Shown here: in pieces, positions 63,102-64,000 of the stretch
Position numbering within the stretch: the stretch's first letter is position 1
Layout: every line of letters starts with the position of its first letter
DNA from: Ramazzottius varieornatus
Taxonomy: Eukaryota > Animalia > Tardigrada
NCBI GenBank assembly: GCA_001949185.1
Contig: BDGG01000006.1
Location: 2,276,827 to 2,340,826 of the forward strand
DNA length: 64,000 nucleotides
Direction: 5' to 3'
Translations under genes and position numbers: made by a program
Notes under the pieces: model-generated
Seen by the model: only the letters and a program-made list of their open reading frames with translations
What the model was told of the DNA's origin: nothing
Database searches by the model: none

Positions 63102-64000
63102 CAGGGTGATCAAAATTCACTCGACGGATTTTGAGACTCTATAACTAATTCCGCACCAGTCCCCCTGCCTTCCTATTTCATCCTCGGACATCTCGAACAT
63201 TTGCAATTGTTTCTTTAAATTTTTGCCAATATCGCGCGTCACCCAAAAAATGCTTTGCAGAAAGCTTCAACAAGGCGGAAAATCGAGGTGCCGTTTCAGA
63301 CTTGTATACCTGCACATGGTTGAGCGTAACTTGCTGCCGAACGAGAACCTTTAAAAGTTTTCCGTCAACGCTATGTTGTTTAAAACTTCGTAGGCCACTG
63401 CATAAAATTTGGCCTCGGTGGGATATTCCACACTGGCGAGTTTTGCGGCAATCAACTGGGTGACCGGCACTGTCTGCAGTGAAAAGTTTTCATTTATTTT
63501 CAACCTTTTTGCATTTTATGCGAACTAAAGAGGATGAAATATATTTTAGTTCCGACCACGAGTAAGTATCCATGGAATAGTAGTGATCGGACTAGTCTCA
63601 TTTGTCGTGCGTCTCAGCAATAAATATTTGGTTTAAATTATGGGTTTCTAACGGAAAAATGGCACTTATTAAAAATTTTTTCTAGTGCAAGCGCAGGAGG
63701 CCTTGCTCGCAAGATGTATACGCGATCAAAAGCTTAGGGCTGCTCCATTGATAGAGGGAGTGCACAGCAAAAACAATTGAGATGCAGCGCAACTGCCAGA
63801 ATTCGTATGTCGGCTGAGTGATGTTTTCCGGGTAGTCTGTGTTAAGTTTTTTTTGTTTTTGGGATACACCTGATCTGCGCAAAACTTCCAGGAAACGATT
63901 CCTAGAAGCCTACTGTACTTGAGTATTGAATTTGAGGGCAGGATAATCAGTGCAGAATTTGTAGTCAGTATTCAAAATCCGTCGAGTCAACTGGAATCAC
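63102..64000. mobile_element. Mariner-type non-autonomous element running to the window edge
   Basis: TA-cagggtgatcaaaattcactcgacggattttga on the left and tcaaaatccgtcgagtcaactggaatcac on the right; ends resemble the TIR at 58987. Confidence 0.7.

Overview
Eukaryotic (metazoan) genomic DNA with short GT-AG introns. The orcokinin precursor, intronless divergent GPCR and compact introns suggest a panarthropod, plausibly a tardigrade (inference). Host genes: a multi-exon teneurin (about 1.2-15.8 kb, +) with a nested antisense FAR1/ZSWIM3-N-like gene in one intron, an orcokinin neuropeptide precursor, a Ly6/quiver-type protein, Mpv17-like, an orphan GPCR, MORN2-like, a tachykinin/natalisin-type receptor, a very Gly/Tyr-rich secreted protein, a Pro/Arg/Gln-rich secreted protein and a Psc/PCGF-like RING protein. 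Mobile DNA: a Mutator (MULE) element with a 9-bp TSD, a decayed mariner with nested insertions and several MITEs. The most notable feature is a Polinton/Maverick (adintovirus-like) fragment at about 46.9-48.9 kb. Its major capsid gene appears to carry a 58-nt spliceosomal intron, and removing it restores a family-like C-terminus and creates an ATGA stop/start overlap with the downstream maturation protease. All gene models and family calls were made by eye, without database searches.
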